NCBI RefSeq assembly: GCF_963921235.1
Contig: NC_086097.1
Coordinates: 108,006,001-108,070,000, forward strand
Direction of reading: 5' to 3'
Source of the DNA: Mobula hypostoma
Taxonomy: Eukaryota
Length of the DNA: 64,000 bases
Position 1 is the stretch's first letter; every line of letters starts with the position of its first letter. Both the position numbers and the translations under genes were made by a program. Of this stretch, positions 11,849 through 25,428 are shown one piece after another. The notes beneath the pieces are model-generated. The model made no database searches, had not been told where the DNA came from, and worked only from the letters and a program-made list of their open reading frames with translations.

Positions 11849-13712
11849 TAACAGTGCTAACATTGCATTTGCCATCCTTACCAGTGACACAACCTGCAAA
11901 TTAACCTTTAGGGAATCCTGCATGAGGACTCCCAAGTCCCTTTGCACCTCTGAATTTTGAAATTTCTTCCCATATAGAAAATAGTTTACATCTTTACTCC
12001 TTCTACCAAAATGCATGACTATACACTTCCTGACACCATTTTCCATCTGCCACTTATTTGCCATTCTCCTACTCTATCCAACTTCTTCTGCAGACTTCCT
12101 GGTTCATCAACACTATCTCACAAACTTGTCACAAAGCCATCAATTCTATCATTCAAATCTTTGACCCGGGACACTTTACCCCAAGAAAGACTACCATGAC
12201 CATGAAGCCTTGCGTGGGCACATGTGTGTGCATGTGATGTGCGCATGCGCGTATGTGCCGATTTTTTTCCCCCACAAATCGGTTTTGCCTTCATCTTCCC
12301 GACTATACATACATTATTTCTACTTTATATAGGCTGTGTATTTATCATATCATTCCTGCTTTTACTATATGTTAGTGTTATTTATTTTCCGTTTTATGTG
12401 TTATTTGGTATGATTTGTTAGGTTATTTTTTGGGTCTGGGAATGCTCAAAAACTTTTCCCTTCTTCGCTTCACGCCATTTCAACACGAAAGGTTTCATAG
12501 GAACGCTCTCCCTCAGCAGGGGAAATACGGGACAAACCAATTTAGCCCAATATACTGGATGTCCCGGCAAATACGGGACAGTTGGCAACCCTATGTTCAA
12601 GTTCAACAGTGGGCGTGGCAGGGAATGAGGAAAGGTGCAGCTGACTCATATCGTTTCCTCGCGGCTCAGTAGCACATGCTTTGCGGCCCAGTGGTCGGGG
12701 ACTGCTATAACATAAAAAGCAGCAATCCCAACTCTGACCCCTGTGGAACACTACCAGTAACTGGCAGACAACCAAAAGAGGACTCCTTTCTTCACACTCT
12801 TTGCTTCCTGTCAGTCATCCAATCCTCTATCCATGCCAGCATCTTTCCCATAATACCATGGACTCTTATATTGTTAAGAAGCCTCATGTGTGGCACTATG
12901 TCAAAGCCTTATGAAAATCCAAGTATACAATGTCCACTGACTCTCCTTCATCTATCATGCTTGTTAATTCCTCGAAACATTTCAACAGATTTGTCATTCA
13001 AGATTTCTCTTCAGAGAAACCATGCTGACTTTGGCTTATTTTGTGATGTGCTTCCAAGTACCCCAAAACCACATCCATAGTTAGAAACATAGAAAATCTA
13101 CAGCACAATACGGGCCCTTCAGCCCACAAAGCTGTGCCGAACATGTCCTTACCTTAGAAATTACCTAGGGTTACCCATAGCCCTCTATTTTTCTGAGCTC
13201 CATGTACCTGTCCAGGGGTCTCTTAAAAGTCCCTATCGTATCCCTATTATGGACTCCAATGTCTTCCCGATCACTGAAATCTTGCTAACTCGCCTATAAT
13301 TTCCTTTCTTCTGCCTCCCACCCCTTCTTAAAGGGTGGAATGACATTTGCAATTTTCCAGTCCTCCAGAACCATACCAGAATCTAGTGATTCTCGAAAGA
13401 TCATTACTAATATCTCCACAATCTCTTCAGCTACCTCCTTCAGAACCCTGGGGCGTAGTCCATCTGGTCCAGCTAACTTGCCTACCTTCAGGCCTTTCAG
13501 CTTCCCAAGCACTTTCTCCTGAGTAATAGCAACTACACCCAATTCTGCCCCTGACACTCTTGAATTTCTGGCATACAGCATGTCTTCCTTAGTGAAGACT
13601 GATGCAAAATACTTATTAAGTTTGTCTGCCGTTTCTTTATCCTCCATAACTATCTCTCCAGCATCATTTTCTACTGGTCTAATATCCACTCTCACCTCTC
13701 TTTTACTCTTAG
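11849..13712 (-). mobile_element. CR1 ORF2 fragments with a nested hAT-derived piece (~12165-12706) and a second CR1 tail (~13078-13245)
   Basis: LNKYFASVFTKED, GPDGLRPRVLKE, EDWKIANVIPPFKKG, KWQMEN..KCIVMHFGR. The insert shares sequence with the hAT element at 44110-45301. Confidence 0.75.
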
Positions 13713-14234
13713 ATTGCAAATGGGTACACTCACTAAAGGGACGTTACACTGTAACTACCTACACTTCAAGAACTACAAACGTTTGTAGTTCACTACCCTG
13801 TTTATCCTCCACAGTGAGTTTAGTTACCAAATACCCACTATTTGAGTGGCAGGTCCCCCCTCCCTACCAAGAAGGAAATACTTCCAGCTAACAAAATAGT
13901 TTAAATGCAGTTCGTTTATTTATCGTGATACACATTTATATCCAGACAAAACTTTTGAAACACATTTAAAACGCAGAACATTTTCTATCTTACAAAACTT
14001 TTCGAATGACAAACAATTTCTAAAACACAAAGGATTTCCAAACCACAGGACAATTCCTATATGCTAAACAGACATACCAACAATGAATTGTTCATCACAG
14101 AAATCGAAGGCAGAGAAATGGATTCTGGTCACCCTGTCCTTCTATCATTCTTCTTCATGTTCTTTAACCATTCCTAATAATCTTGAACTGCTGTTTATAC
14201 TATTTTTATATTTATACTACTAATGTTTACTAGG

Positions 14235-15195
14235 CAGAGAAATGTCAGGTGGAATTTAATATAGACAAGTGAGGGGTGTTGCACTTCAGTAGGACCAACC
14301 AAGGTAGGTCTTATGCTGTGAATGGTAGGACACTGGGAAGTGCGGTAGAACAAAGGGATCTGGGAATACAGGTCCATGTTTCATTGAGTGTGGTGTCACA
14401 GGTAGATAGGGTCGTAAAGAAGGCTTTTGGGACATTGGCCTTCACAAATCAAACTATTGAGTACAGGAGATTGGATGTTATGTTGAAGTTGTATAAGACA
14501 TTGGTGAAGCCTAATTTGGAGTATTGTGTGCAGTTTTGGTCACCTACCTATAGGAAAGATGAAAGTTGACAGAGCACAGGGAAAATTTACTGGGATTACC
14601 AGGTCTAGAGAACCTGAGTTATAAGGAAAGATTGAATATATTAGGTCTTTATTCCTTGGAATGTAGAATATTGGGAAGAGATTTCATGGAGGTATACAAA
14701 ATTATGAAGGATATAGATACCTTAAATGCATGCAGCCTTTTTCCAATGAATTTAGGTGTGACTACAACTAGAGGTCATGGGTTAAGAATGAAAGGTGGAA
14801 AGTTTGAGGGGAACATGAGGGAAAACTTCTTCACTCAGAGGATTGTGAGAGTGTGGAATGAGTTGCCAGCACAAGTGGTGGATGCAAGCTCCATTTCAAT
14901 GTTTAAGAGAAGTTTGGATAGGTACATAGATGGTAGGGGGTGTTGAGGGCTATGGTCCCAGGGCAGGTCAGTGGGAGTAGGCAACTTAAATAGCTTGGCA
15001 TGGACTAAATGGGCCAATGGGCCTGTTTCTGTGCTGTATGTTTCTATGATTCTATGACTCTATACTTGAATGGGATAGACAAGGTTTAGAGGGATATGAG
15101 CCAAACGTGGGCACATGGAACTAGCTTAGATAGGAATCTTGGTAGGCATGGACCAGTTGGGCTAAAGAGACCAGTTCTATGCTGTATGACTCTAT
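14235..15195 (+). mobile_element. CR1 3' portion
   Basis: QRDLGIQVH...LYKTLVKPNLEYCVQFWSP, TRGHGLR...FFTQRIVRVWNELP, and a (CTATGA)-like tail. Confidence 0.85.
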
Positions 15196-15888
15196 AAGAG
15201 TCCAGACCCAGTAAATCCCCAACTCAGAAATGAGAAGGGATGTGGCTAGCTCTCGTGCTGGGAAGTGGTTTGCTAAACATAAGCTGAATATTGTAATAAA
15301 CAAAAAAGGGTAGCAAATGAGAGGCCCAGGTGATGTGAGTTATTCCATTAACACTGAGGCTTTAGAAGCAAATTTTAAATCTAGCTCTGTGATTTTTAAC
15401 AGTTAATGAGTTATCAATAAATTTAGTTTGAGCTAAATTGCAAATAATTTTCTTCCCCATTAGCAGGTACTCTAGAAGGTAACGTGGCAAGTGGCTAGGT
15501 TTTTGGTGAACATGGAGGAGTGGACAAGATAGTCTGATGTTTTCCTTTCTTCTCAACACAGGATTCCATTCCACCATGGTTGACAAGGTCCTTATTTGCC
15601 CATTCTGTGCCGGCACTTCTGATCTCTCCTTTTTCCCTCCCTCCCTTCCATGCAGCTAGAACATATTCACTATCTCTCTCAATTCCCAACTCCAGCGATT
15701 CAAATCCAGAATTTTGTATTTCGTGAGTTAAAGATCTTGATAAATTTTTACACGGTTAAGCTGGTAAACTAATAAAGTAACGGGCATTATATTTTCAATC
15801 TCTTAATCTAACTCATTGCCCTAATTTTCAGAACAAAACAGTGCTGCAGTTTTCTTTCACCACTCACCAACTAACTTTCTTTGGCATC

Positions 15889-18133
15889 TGTCTGTCTGTC
15901 TAGGTACTATATCCGATGCGGACATTGGTGACCATGGTTTTCCATATAGATCTATCCTTCGTTCTTTGGATGACTTCCATCTCCTCGATGTGTAACCACC
16001 TATCTAGGCTCTTGATGTATATAAGCCGAGGTCTTCCTCTCGGTTTGCTCCCCTCGACCTTTCCAGAGAGCATGAGTTTTTCTAGCTCATCTTTCCGCAG
16101 GATGTGTCCTAGGAATCTGAGTTGTCTTTCTCTTATTGTTGGTATGAGTGATCGAACTGCTTGGGCTCGTCTGAGAACTTCTTCATTTGATACGTGTGTG
16201 GTCCATGATATTTTTAACATTCTCCGGTAGAACCATAATTCAACTGCTTCTAGTCTCTTTTCCGTTGCTGTGGAAATGATCCAGCATGTACTTCCTCAGG
16301 ATAGAACAGAAGGATAGAATAAATGTAGCACTGCAGTATTCTGTTTTTAGTGTACATGCTCATCTTTCTGTCTGTTAATATGGTCTTCATTTTTTGGAAA
16401 GCTTCTTTCGCCATTGCTATTCTGTATTTGATATCTGTGTCGCAACTGCCGTTACTTGTTATTAGGCTGCCAAGATATCTGAATTTGTTGACTTGTTTGC
16501 TGTTTGTATTTCCGATCTTGATCACACATTGTGGGATGTTTGGCTTTCTGTCTTCTTGATTGAGAGGCCTCTGCGCTTACTTTCTGCTGCCACTATAGTG
16601 AGTAGTTCTTGAAGTTTTGTTTCTGAGTCAGCTATTAGTATGCTGCCTCCAATTGTGAATCCTTTGATGTCTTTGATACCTCTCAAGATATTTTCACTAT
16701 ACAGGTTGAATAAGTCTGGTGAAAAGACACAACCTTGCCTGACTCCTCTCATGATATTCACATACTCACTCACTTCTCCTTCTATTCTGATGGATGCTGT
16801 CTGGTCCCAGTATAAGTTTCTTAAGAAACGTATATCTTTCCCATCTATGTCAAGATCTTGAACCATATCTGGAAGATCTTGCTGTCTGACAGTGTCAAAA
16901 GCTTTTGTATAGTCAATGAAACATAGGTAGATGTCTTTTTGTACCTGGATGGCTCGTCCACTTATCATCCATAGCATGAAAATTGCATTTCTGGTTCCAG
17001 TGTTTTCCACAAAGCCGTATTGTTCTTTACTGATTTCTGGTTTTATACAGCATCTTGCTCTCATCATGATTACTCTGAGAATAATTTTTGCCATGTGGCT
17101 CACCAGGCTTATTGTGTGATGTAACTCACATTCTGTTGCTCCCTCTTTCTTTGGAACTGTGATGAACACTGATCTACTTAAATCATCAGGCATCTCCCCA
17201 TGATCATAGATTTCATTTCTGTTATTTTCTCTATTCTAAAATCTTCTAAGGCCAGTATCATTTCAACAGTGATGTTGTCTGGACCAGTTGCTCTGTTATG
17301 TTTTGTTTTATTTATGGCTGCTCGAGTTTCTGATTTTAGAATGCTAGGTCCTTCAAGATTCTTCTTTATGTTCAGTTTTTCTCCTCTTTGGTCTTCAAAA
17401 ATTTCTTTTATGTATTCTGTCCATCAGTTTAGGATTTCCTCTTTGTTCATAATTAAGCTGCCGTCTTTTGCCTTGATGCATCCACTTGCTGAGTATGGTA
17501 ACTTCCCCATTAGTTCTTTAATCTTACTGTGCATCAACTTTGTTCCAGGGTTATGGGTTTGTAGCATTTCTATCTCTGAGCATTTCTCATTTAGCCATCT
17601 GTCTTTAGCTTCTCTACATTTTCTTTTTATTGTCTTATCAAGTTGTTTGTATTCTTTGATGTCTCTTGGTTTGATGGTCTGTTTCTGTTGCATTAATAGT
17701 ATTATATCTTCAGTTATCCATTTCCTCTTACTTTTCCATTCTTTTCGTGGGATAGTTTCTTTTGCAGCTACAATAATCAGATAATCACCAACACTTGGTT
17801 TAAACAACATCCAAGAAGGAAATGGACATGGAGAAGCCCAGATGGGAACAACAAAAATCAAATTGACTGCATGACAATCAATAACAGATTCAAAAACTCA
17901 ATAACTCAATCTAAAAGCTACCCTGGAGCAGACTGTGGAAGTGACCACATACCAGTCATTTGCAAAATGAAAATAAAGATGAGAAAATTGAAGAAACCAA
18001 AAAGATCAGGACTACTGGATTATCAACAACTACAAAACAACACTCATCTGAAAACAGAATACACAATCAAGGTGAAAAACCGTTTTCAATTGCTGCAGGA
18101 TGAAGGAGGCAAATCTTCCTGGGACATACTGAA
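15889..18133 (-). mobile_element. RTE-clade LINE with inverted 5' segment (17781-18133 on +)
   Basis: RT motifs FIDYTKAFD, GVRQGCVFSPDLFNLY, FRYLGS, RERQLRFLGHILR and a (GACA)n tail. The + segment encodes the APE end (WTWRSPDG..NQIDC...GADCGSDH). Confidence 0.88.
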
Positions 18134-18394
18134 TCCTCGGCATCATTCCTTTAATTTGATTTTTTTCTAACTGAAGTTATAGGGTTTACTTACCTGCTCC
18201 TTCCCACTCTGGATGTAATTCGGTTTAGAAGCAATCATGGAACAGGCCCTTCAGCCCATTGAGTCCCTGCTGGTCATCCATCATTCATTTACGTTAACCC
18301 TACACTAATCACATTGTATTCTCCTCATATCTGCATCAACTCCCCCAGATTTTACCACTCACCCACACAGTGTGCTTTACATCATTATCAGCAT

Positions 18395-18680
18395 GGGGTG
18401 GCATGGTAGCATAGTGTTTAGCACAATGCTTTACAGTACAGGCACCTGGATTCATTTCCCGCTACTGCCTGCATGGAGTTTGCATGTTTTCTCCGTGACC
18501 ACGTGAGTTTCCTCCGGATTTTCCAGTTTACTCCCACAATCCAAAGATCTACTGGTTGGTAGGTTAACTGGTCATTGTAAATTGTCCTGTGGTTAGGCTG
18601 GGGTTAAATTGGGGGTTGTTGAGTGGTGCAGCCTGAAGGGCTGGGAGGACCTACCCTGCACTGTATCTTGATAAATAAAC
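18395..18680 (+). mobile_element. tRNA-derived V-SINE
   Basis: A-box-like TGGTAGCATAGTG head and central V-domain GGAGTTTGCATGTT...GTTTCCTCCGG...CTCCCACA. Confidence 0.7.
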
Positions 18681-19020
18681 ACTAGGGAGCAGCTTACTGC
18701 AGCAATTGACCCTCCACCTGAAACAGGAGCACCCAAGGAATATGGTCACAGTGAGAACATGCAAATTCCACACAGACAGCACCCAAGGTCAGGAATACAA
18801 GTCTTCCACCCTGTTGGTGAAATCAAATCCTTGATTATGACATTGATTGACTTATTCTGTTCCAGGTCTGATCATATCTTCTCCGCTTTGTCAATATGTG
18901 AAGAGACTCACAAAGCTGAATAGAACAAAGAGTGGGTATGTTACGATTGAAAATTGATGTCTCAGTAAATCCATGTTGAAATATGTAAAATTTGCAAGAT
19001 ATTGATAATAGTGTTGTTGT

Positions 19021-19505
19021 AAACACGAAAAAGCAGGCAGATGTTGGAAGTCCGAAGCAACACACACAAAATGCTAGAGGAACTCAGCCAGTCAGGCAGC
19101 ATCTATGGAAAGTGAATAAACAGTTGGTGCTTCGGGGAGAGACCATTCTCCAGGACCAAAAAGGAAGGGGGAGGATGCCAGAATAAAAAATGAGGAGAGA
19201 GGGAAAGAAGACTACCTGGAGGATGAAAGGTGAAGCCAGGTGGGTGGGAAAGGTCAAAGGCTGGAGAAGACAGCATGTGATTGGAAAGGAGAGTGGACCA
19301 GAGGAGAAATGGAAGAACGAGGAGACCCAGGAGGAGTAATAACAAGTGAGAAGAGGTAAAAGATCAGGTAGGGAATGGGGGGGGGGGGGAGGAATTTGTT
19401 TATCGGAAGGAGAAATCCATATTCATGCCATCCGGCTGGAGGCTAGCCAGACGGAAGATAAGGTGTTGCTCCTCCACCCTGAAGGTGGCCTCATCTAGGC
19501 ACAAG
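19021..19505 (-). mobile_element. Old PLE 3' remnant
   Basis: gcagatgttggaa...gaactcagc terminus and antisense EEQHLIFRL..LQPDGMN. Confidence 0.65.
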
Positions 19506-20049
19506 AAGTCAATTACTTTCATAACTTTGGTGAAAGATCAGCAGAAACATGTGGAGCAGTTTACATTTCTTCACAGACCTTTGGAATTATAGACACCACT
19601 TAGTCTATTGTGACTGTGCTAGTCAAAAACAGAGCGAGCCGGCAAAATCCCACGTTTCAGCTCTTCATCCAGAGCCTGCAGGAGAGGGCTTTTCAGACCA
19701 ATGTAAAAGTGTTTTTTAATGTGGTGAGGGATTATGCCTTGACTGTCCTTTCAGAAAGTGAATAGGAGAAGGCCAATTGGCCTCTCAAGCCTGTTCGGTT
19801 CTTCAATAATCATGGCTGATCTGCCCAATCCTCACCCTCTCTTCTCAGACAGCTCTCCATTGCCTTCAACTTGCCAATCTTTCAAAAAATCATCTATGCC
19901 TTCTTTAGATACTTCCAGTGATCCAGCTCCCATGTTTTTTTGAGGAAGTGAATTCCAGAGTTACACCACCTGACTTTCAAGACACTCAACCCAGTGAAAG
20001 CATCCATCATGCCATTAGGATCTAATATCTTTCAATAAAATCACCAATC

Positions 20050-20672
20050 ATCTGAGCTCCAAATGATGATTGTGATTGTGATGAGCGATATAACCCTGGA
20101 AGAAGTGACTTCCTTTGTCTATCTTGGAAGTGTTGTGTGTGTATATGGTGCAATGGATGAGGATGCCCAAGCCAGGATTAACAAGGCCAGAGTAGTTATT
20201 CAACATCTTGAAGAAAGTGTGGACATCCAGAGTCATATCAAGGAAAACCAAAATCAGAATCTTCAACTCAAATGTTAAAACAATGCTTCTTCCTGGAGAA
20301 CAATAAAGAATGATCATGCTGAGAATGATCCTAAACATTAGAAAGACTGACAAAGTAACCAATCAGACACCTTGGGAAAACACTGACTAGGAATGCATAG
20401 AGATACAAATATGCAAATGGAAATAGAGGTTGATTGGTCTCACCTTGAGGAAGCCAACCAACAACAACACCAGGCAGGCATTAAAATGGAATCTCCAAGG
20501 AAAGAGGAAAAAGGGGTATCCAAAGTACACATGGAGAAGAGACATCGAGGTCAAAACTAGATGATAGGCACACTCCTGGATCACTCTCAGGAAACTGGCT
20601 CAGAACAGAGCATGATGGAGACAGGAGGTCATCCATGGGCTATGCTCCACTGAGAGCTAAGGGCACAAGAAG
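20050..20672 (+). mobile_element. Degraded RTE 3' fragment
   Basis: LEEVTSFVYLGSVV...ARINKAR and [22 protein letters not shown] motifs. Confidence 0.65.
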
Positions 20673-20919
20673 ACTTACTGTCCTCACTATTTACTGCACA
20701 AGCCTGCTAGCTTTTTCTTTTTTATGTACAGGATCACCTAGAGCTATTTGCACTCCATTCATTTACGATCTCTCTTCATTCAGATAATTGCCTGCCTTTA
20801 GATTCCTCCTACAAAATGCATGACCTTATACATTCCTATAATCTGTCCACTTGCTCAACCTATCTGTACCCTGTTGCAGAGTCTAAATATCCTCAATGCA
20901 ACATTTTCTCCTATATAAT

Positions 20920-21620
20920 TCAGAGGATCTGTCCTGGTCCAGCATGTAACTATCATTACAAAGAAGGCGTGGCAGCACCTCTATTTTCTTAGAAGTTTGT
21001 AAAGAGTTGGCATGTCACTTAAAACTTTGATGAACTTCTATAAATTTGCATTGGAGAGTTAAATGATTGGATGTATCATTGCCTGGTATGAATACACCAA
21101 TGCCCTAGAACTGAAAAGCCGACACAAAGTACTGGATACAGCCCAGTCCATCACGGGTAAAGCCCTCCCCACCATTGAGCACATCTACAAGGAGTACTGT
21201 CGGAGGAAAGACCCCACCATTCATGCTCTCTTCTTGCTGCTGCCATCAGGAAGAAGGTACAGGAGCCTCAGGAATAGTTATTATCCCTCAACCATCAGGC
21301 TCTTGAATTATAGGGGATAACTTGACTCAACTTCAATTGCCACATCACTGAAATGTTCCTGCAACCTATGGAATCACTTCCAAAGACTGTTCATCCTATG
21401 TTCTCGATATTTGTTGCTTATTTATTTATTATTATTATTTCTTTCTTTTTGTACTTGCAGATTGTTGTCTTTTGCACATTGGTTGGACCTCAAGTTGGTA
21501 CGGTCTTTCATTGATTCTACTGTGGTTATTATTCTATTATGGATTTATTGAGTATGCCCACATGAAAACGAGTCTCAGCATTGTATATACTTTGATAATA
21601 AATTTACTTAGAGCTTTGAA
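20920..21620 (+). mobile_element. Rex1/Babar 3' fragment
   Basis: EDLSWSSM.., GCIIAWY, LPSGRRYRSLRNSYYPSTIRLLN, plus the typical 3' UTR. Confidence 0.7.
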
Positions 21621-22039
21621 GTATTTTAGTGTCGTTGGCAAACCTAATTACTTTATCCTTTACCCTCTCCTCTAGTTCGTTAACATGAATAGCAAATAGT
21701 TGAGTGCCAAGAAATGAAGATTGGGGTTTTTCAATAGTCATGTCCTTCCATTTATTCTAAATCTTTGTATTCAATTATATAACCAGTCTTCAGTCCTCAC
21801 TAATATACTTACCCCAATGCCATGAGTTCTTAAGTGGTGAATCAACCATTTATGTGGCATCTTATCAAAAGCTTTCTGGAAATCCAAATTTGCTACTTTT
21901 ACAAAGAATCTGAGTAATTAGAGATATCTCAAAAATATGGAGCTTTTGGTTGACAATTGGGTTGACTTATTCTCTAATCTTGGCAATCCATTTGTAAATG
22001 TTTTGTCACCATATGAGAAGACATCATCAGTGTACTGTT

Positions 22040-25000
22040 TACTTGTGGTATGTCCTCCAAATGCTTGGCTTTTATATACTTATCAATTAGTTGATTAGTC
22101 GTCAACTCTCGGTGGGCAACAACCAAGAAGTGACCAAATGAGTTGTCCTTCCGTACATTTGAAACATCTTGGAAATGAAAGCCCGACTGCTCCCAGAACA
22201 TAGAATTTCGGTCTCGCATAAACCAACAGCAACGTTGAGGAGAGTACTTTGCAGACCTAAAGAACAAGCCAAGCTATTGGACGAGACCAACGTGGTCTAC
22301 AAAATCCTATGTGGGGACTGCAGCAAATGTTTTTTTTTATTTCAAAATATACTTTATTCAAAAATAAATATATACAATAAACCATTCAATAACTTTTCAT
22401 CCTTTACATACGTTTCCATTATACACAGTACATATCCGTATTTATAGCCACCCACGTGGCACTCCAGTAGTTCAGCTTACCATATCATTTCATTGTTGAG
22501 GGGTATACTCCCCGCCCTCCGACCCCTCCCACTCCCACGGGTGGAGAAACCTATACTGTGGTCCTTCCCCACCGGGCCCTTGCGGTGGCTGCACCAAGTT
22601 TCAGTGCGTCCCTCAGCACGTACTCCTGCAGCCGAGAATGTGCCAGTCGGCAGCATTCTCCCACGGACATCTCCATGTGCTGGTAGATCATCAAGTTTTG
22701 GGCTGACCAAAGAGCGTCTTTCACCGAATTGATGACCTGCCAGCAGCACCAGACGTTGGTCTCCGTGTGTGTCCCTGGGAACAGCCCGTAGATCAGAGAG
22801 TCCTCTGTTACGCAGCTGCTGGGGATAAACCGTGACACTAGCCCGTCCATCCTCCTCCAAACCCTCTTTGCGAACTGGCAGTGTGCAAAGAGGTGGGTCA
22901 CAGACTCCTCCTCACTGCAGTTCTTCCGTGGGCAGTGGGGTGCGGAGACGACGTTCCGGGCGTACAGGAGGGCTCTGACTGGGAGGGCCCCTCTCACTGC
23001 CAGCCAGGCGAGGTCTTGGTGCCTGTTGGTTAGATCTGGCGATGAGGCATTTTGCCAGATGAACTGGACAGTCTGCTCAGGGAACCACCCCACTGTGTCC
23101 ATCACGTCCTTCTCCTGCAGTGCCTGCAGGACACTACGTGCCGACCACTGCCTGATGGCCCTGTGGTCAAAGGCGTTCTCCTGGAAGAACTTTGCTATGT
23201 AGGACAGGTATGCCGGCAACGACCAGCTGACTGGGGCGTTGCGCGGGAGTGGGGCCAGACCCATCCTTCGTAGCCAGGGCGACAAGTAGAACCTGGGCAC
23301 ATAGTGGTACTTGGTGCTTGGTGCCCACATCCCTGGGCTCTACACACTACCTGATGCAGCCACGTACGAAGCTGGCCATCAGGGTGAGGGCGACATTGGG
23401 GACGTTCTTGCCCCCGTTGTCCAGGGACTTGTGCATGGCGGTCCGTCTCACCCGCTCCATCTTGGATCCCCAGACGAATCTGAGGACAGCCCGGGTGATT
23501 TCCGAGCTGTAGGAGCAGGGGACGGGCCAGACCTGCGCCAAGTACAGCAGCCCTGAGAGCACCTCACACCTGATGACCAGGTTCTTGCCCGTTATCGACA
23601 GGGAGCGCCCTCCCCACAGTCCCAGTTTCTGTTTCACCTTGGCAGTCCGCTCCTGCCAGTTCTTGTTGCACGCCTCCGCCCCTCCGAACCAGATCCCCAA
23701 CACCTTCACGTGGTCAGACCTGATGGTGAAGGGGACGCTGGATCAGTCGGGCCAGTTGCCGAAGAGCATGGCTTCGCTCTTCGTGCGGTTGACCCTGGCC
23801 CCCAACGCTAGCCCGAACTGTTCGCAGGTGCCAATCAACCTGCGAACTGACCTCGGATCAGAGCAGAAGACGGTGACGTCGTCCATGTACAGGGAGGTTT
23901 TCACTTGGGTCCCTCCACTGCCTGGCAGCGTCACCCCTCTTATGCCCTCATCCCTCCTGATGGTTTCCACAAAGGGTTCTATGCAGCAGACAAACAAGTC
24001 AGGGGAGAGGGGACAGCCCTGCCTGACTCCAGACCTGATGGGGAAGCTTTCTGTTTCCCACCCGTTAACCTGGACTGCACTACGGATGTCTGTGTAGAGC
24101 AGTCTAATCCAATTCCGGATTCCCTCCCCAAATCCCATTTTGGAGAGCACATCCGCCATGTACGTGTGCGATATCCTGTCGAAGGCTTTCTCCTGGTCCA
24201 AGCTGACCAGGCAGACATTCATCCCCCTGTCCTGCACGTAGGCGATGGTGTCCCTCAGCAGCGTGAGGCTGTCTGAGATCTTCCTGCCTGGTACAGCACA
24301 GGTTTGGTCTGGGTGGATCACCTGTCCCAGAGCAGACTTGACCCTGTTGGCGATAGCCTTAGACAGGATCTTGTAGTCCACGTTCAGGAGAGAGATGGGT
24401 CTCCAATTTTTAATGTCCTCCCTTTCCCCCTTCTGCTTGTAGATGAGGGTGATGATGCCCTTCCTCATGGACTCAGACATACTGCCGGCCAGAAGCATAG
24501 CGTTGTACACTTCCAGCAGGTCTGGGCCCATCCAGTTCCACAGAGCCGAGTACAACTCAGCCGGTAAGCCGTCGCTTCCGGGAGTCTTACCCGACCCAAA
24601 GGAATGGATGGAGCCTGTCAGCTCGTCCAGGGTCAGTGGCTGATCCAGACTCTCCCGCTTGCCGTCGTCTAAGACCTGCGTGATAGACGACAGGAAGTTG
24701 CGGGAGGCTGTGGATTCTGTAGCCTTTTCGTCGTACAGACCAGCACAGAAGGACTTGCAGATCCTCAGTACGTCGGTCTGCGAGGACCAAACTGTGAGAA
24801 AACTCTCCACAAGGATCCATGAACATCAACTGGCATGACCAACTCTTTCTAGTCTCTACCCATGAAGATCATGAGGGGCACAAATTCGACTGGGCACCAA
24901 TAAAAGTCATGGCATAAGCAAACATGTGGCATGCAAGAGAACTTCTTGAAGCAAGTTTTTTTTGCAAACAATTCTTTAAACAGACATGTAGGCCTCGATC

Positions 25001-25250
25001 CTACTTATAAGTTCACGTGTGCAAAATTCCACACAATGCCCAGAGTTCATCATGCAACCAACCAGCAACAAGATCCCCTCCCTATGTTACAATTGAGTTT
25101 CCATCATGACGACCAATCAAATGATTGATATGTGTACATATATATTTGGAGAGCACACCACAAGTGGACAATGCATGGATGATGTCTCCTCATATGGTGA
25201 TAAAAAGTTTGCAAATGTATTGCCAAGATCAGTGAACAATTCAACCCAAC
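22040..25250 (+). mobile_element. Second, divergent PLE family (GIY-YIG region) split by a Tx1 insertion
   Basis: VSHKPTATLRRVLCRPKE...NVVYKILCGDCSK before 22330, continuing QTVRKLSTRIHEHQLA...HEGHKFDW after 24788. Confidence 0.7.
22330..24787 (-). mobile_element. Tx1-clade (L1 superfamily) LINE, 5'-truncated, GC/CpG-rich
   Basis: KTPGSDGLPAELY, NWRPISLLNVDYKIL, LDQEKAFDR, GVRQGCPLSP, YMDD, C-terminal CP..C..EES.THLF.HC knuckle, and an A-rich tail at 22330. Confidence 0.9.
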
Positions 25251-25428
25251 AAATCAGAGTAATTGCATGACAAGGGAATTAGTTATTTTCTTCATTATAT
25301 CTTGCATAGTTATGAAGATTCTTATCCAGTTAGAGGTCCAGTTCACTTCACAAATTTTGTATAATGATTGCCAATAATATATAAAGTTGTATGCAGAGTG
25401 AATTTCTGGAAATTAGTTTTGTAATATT

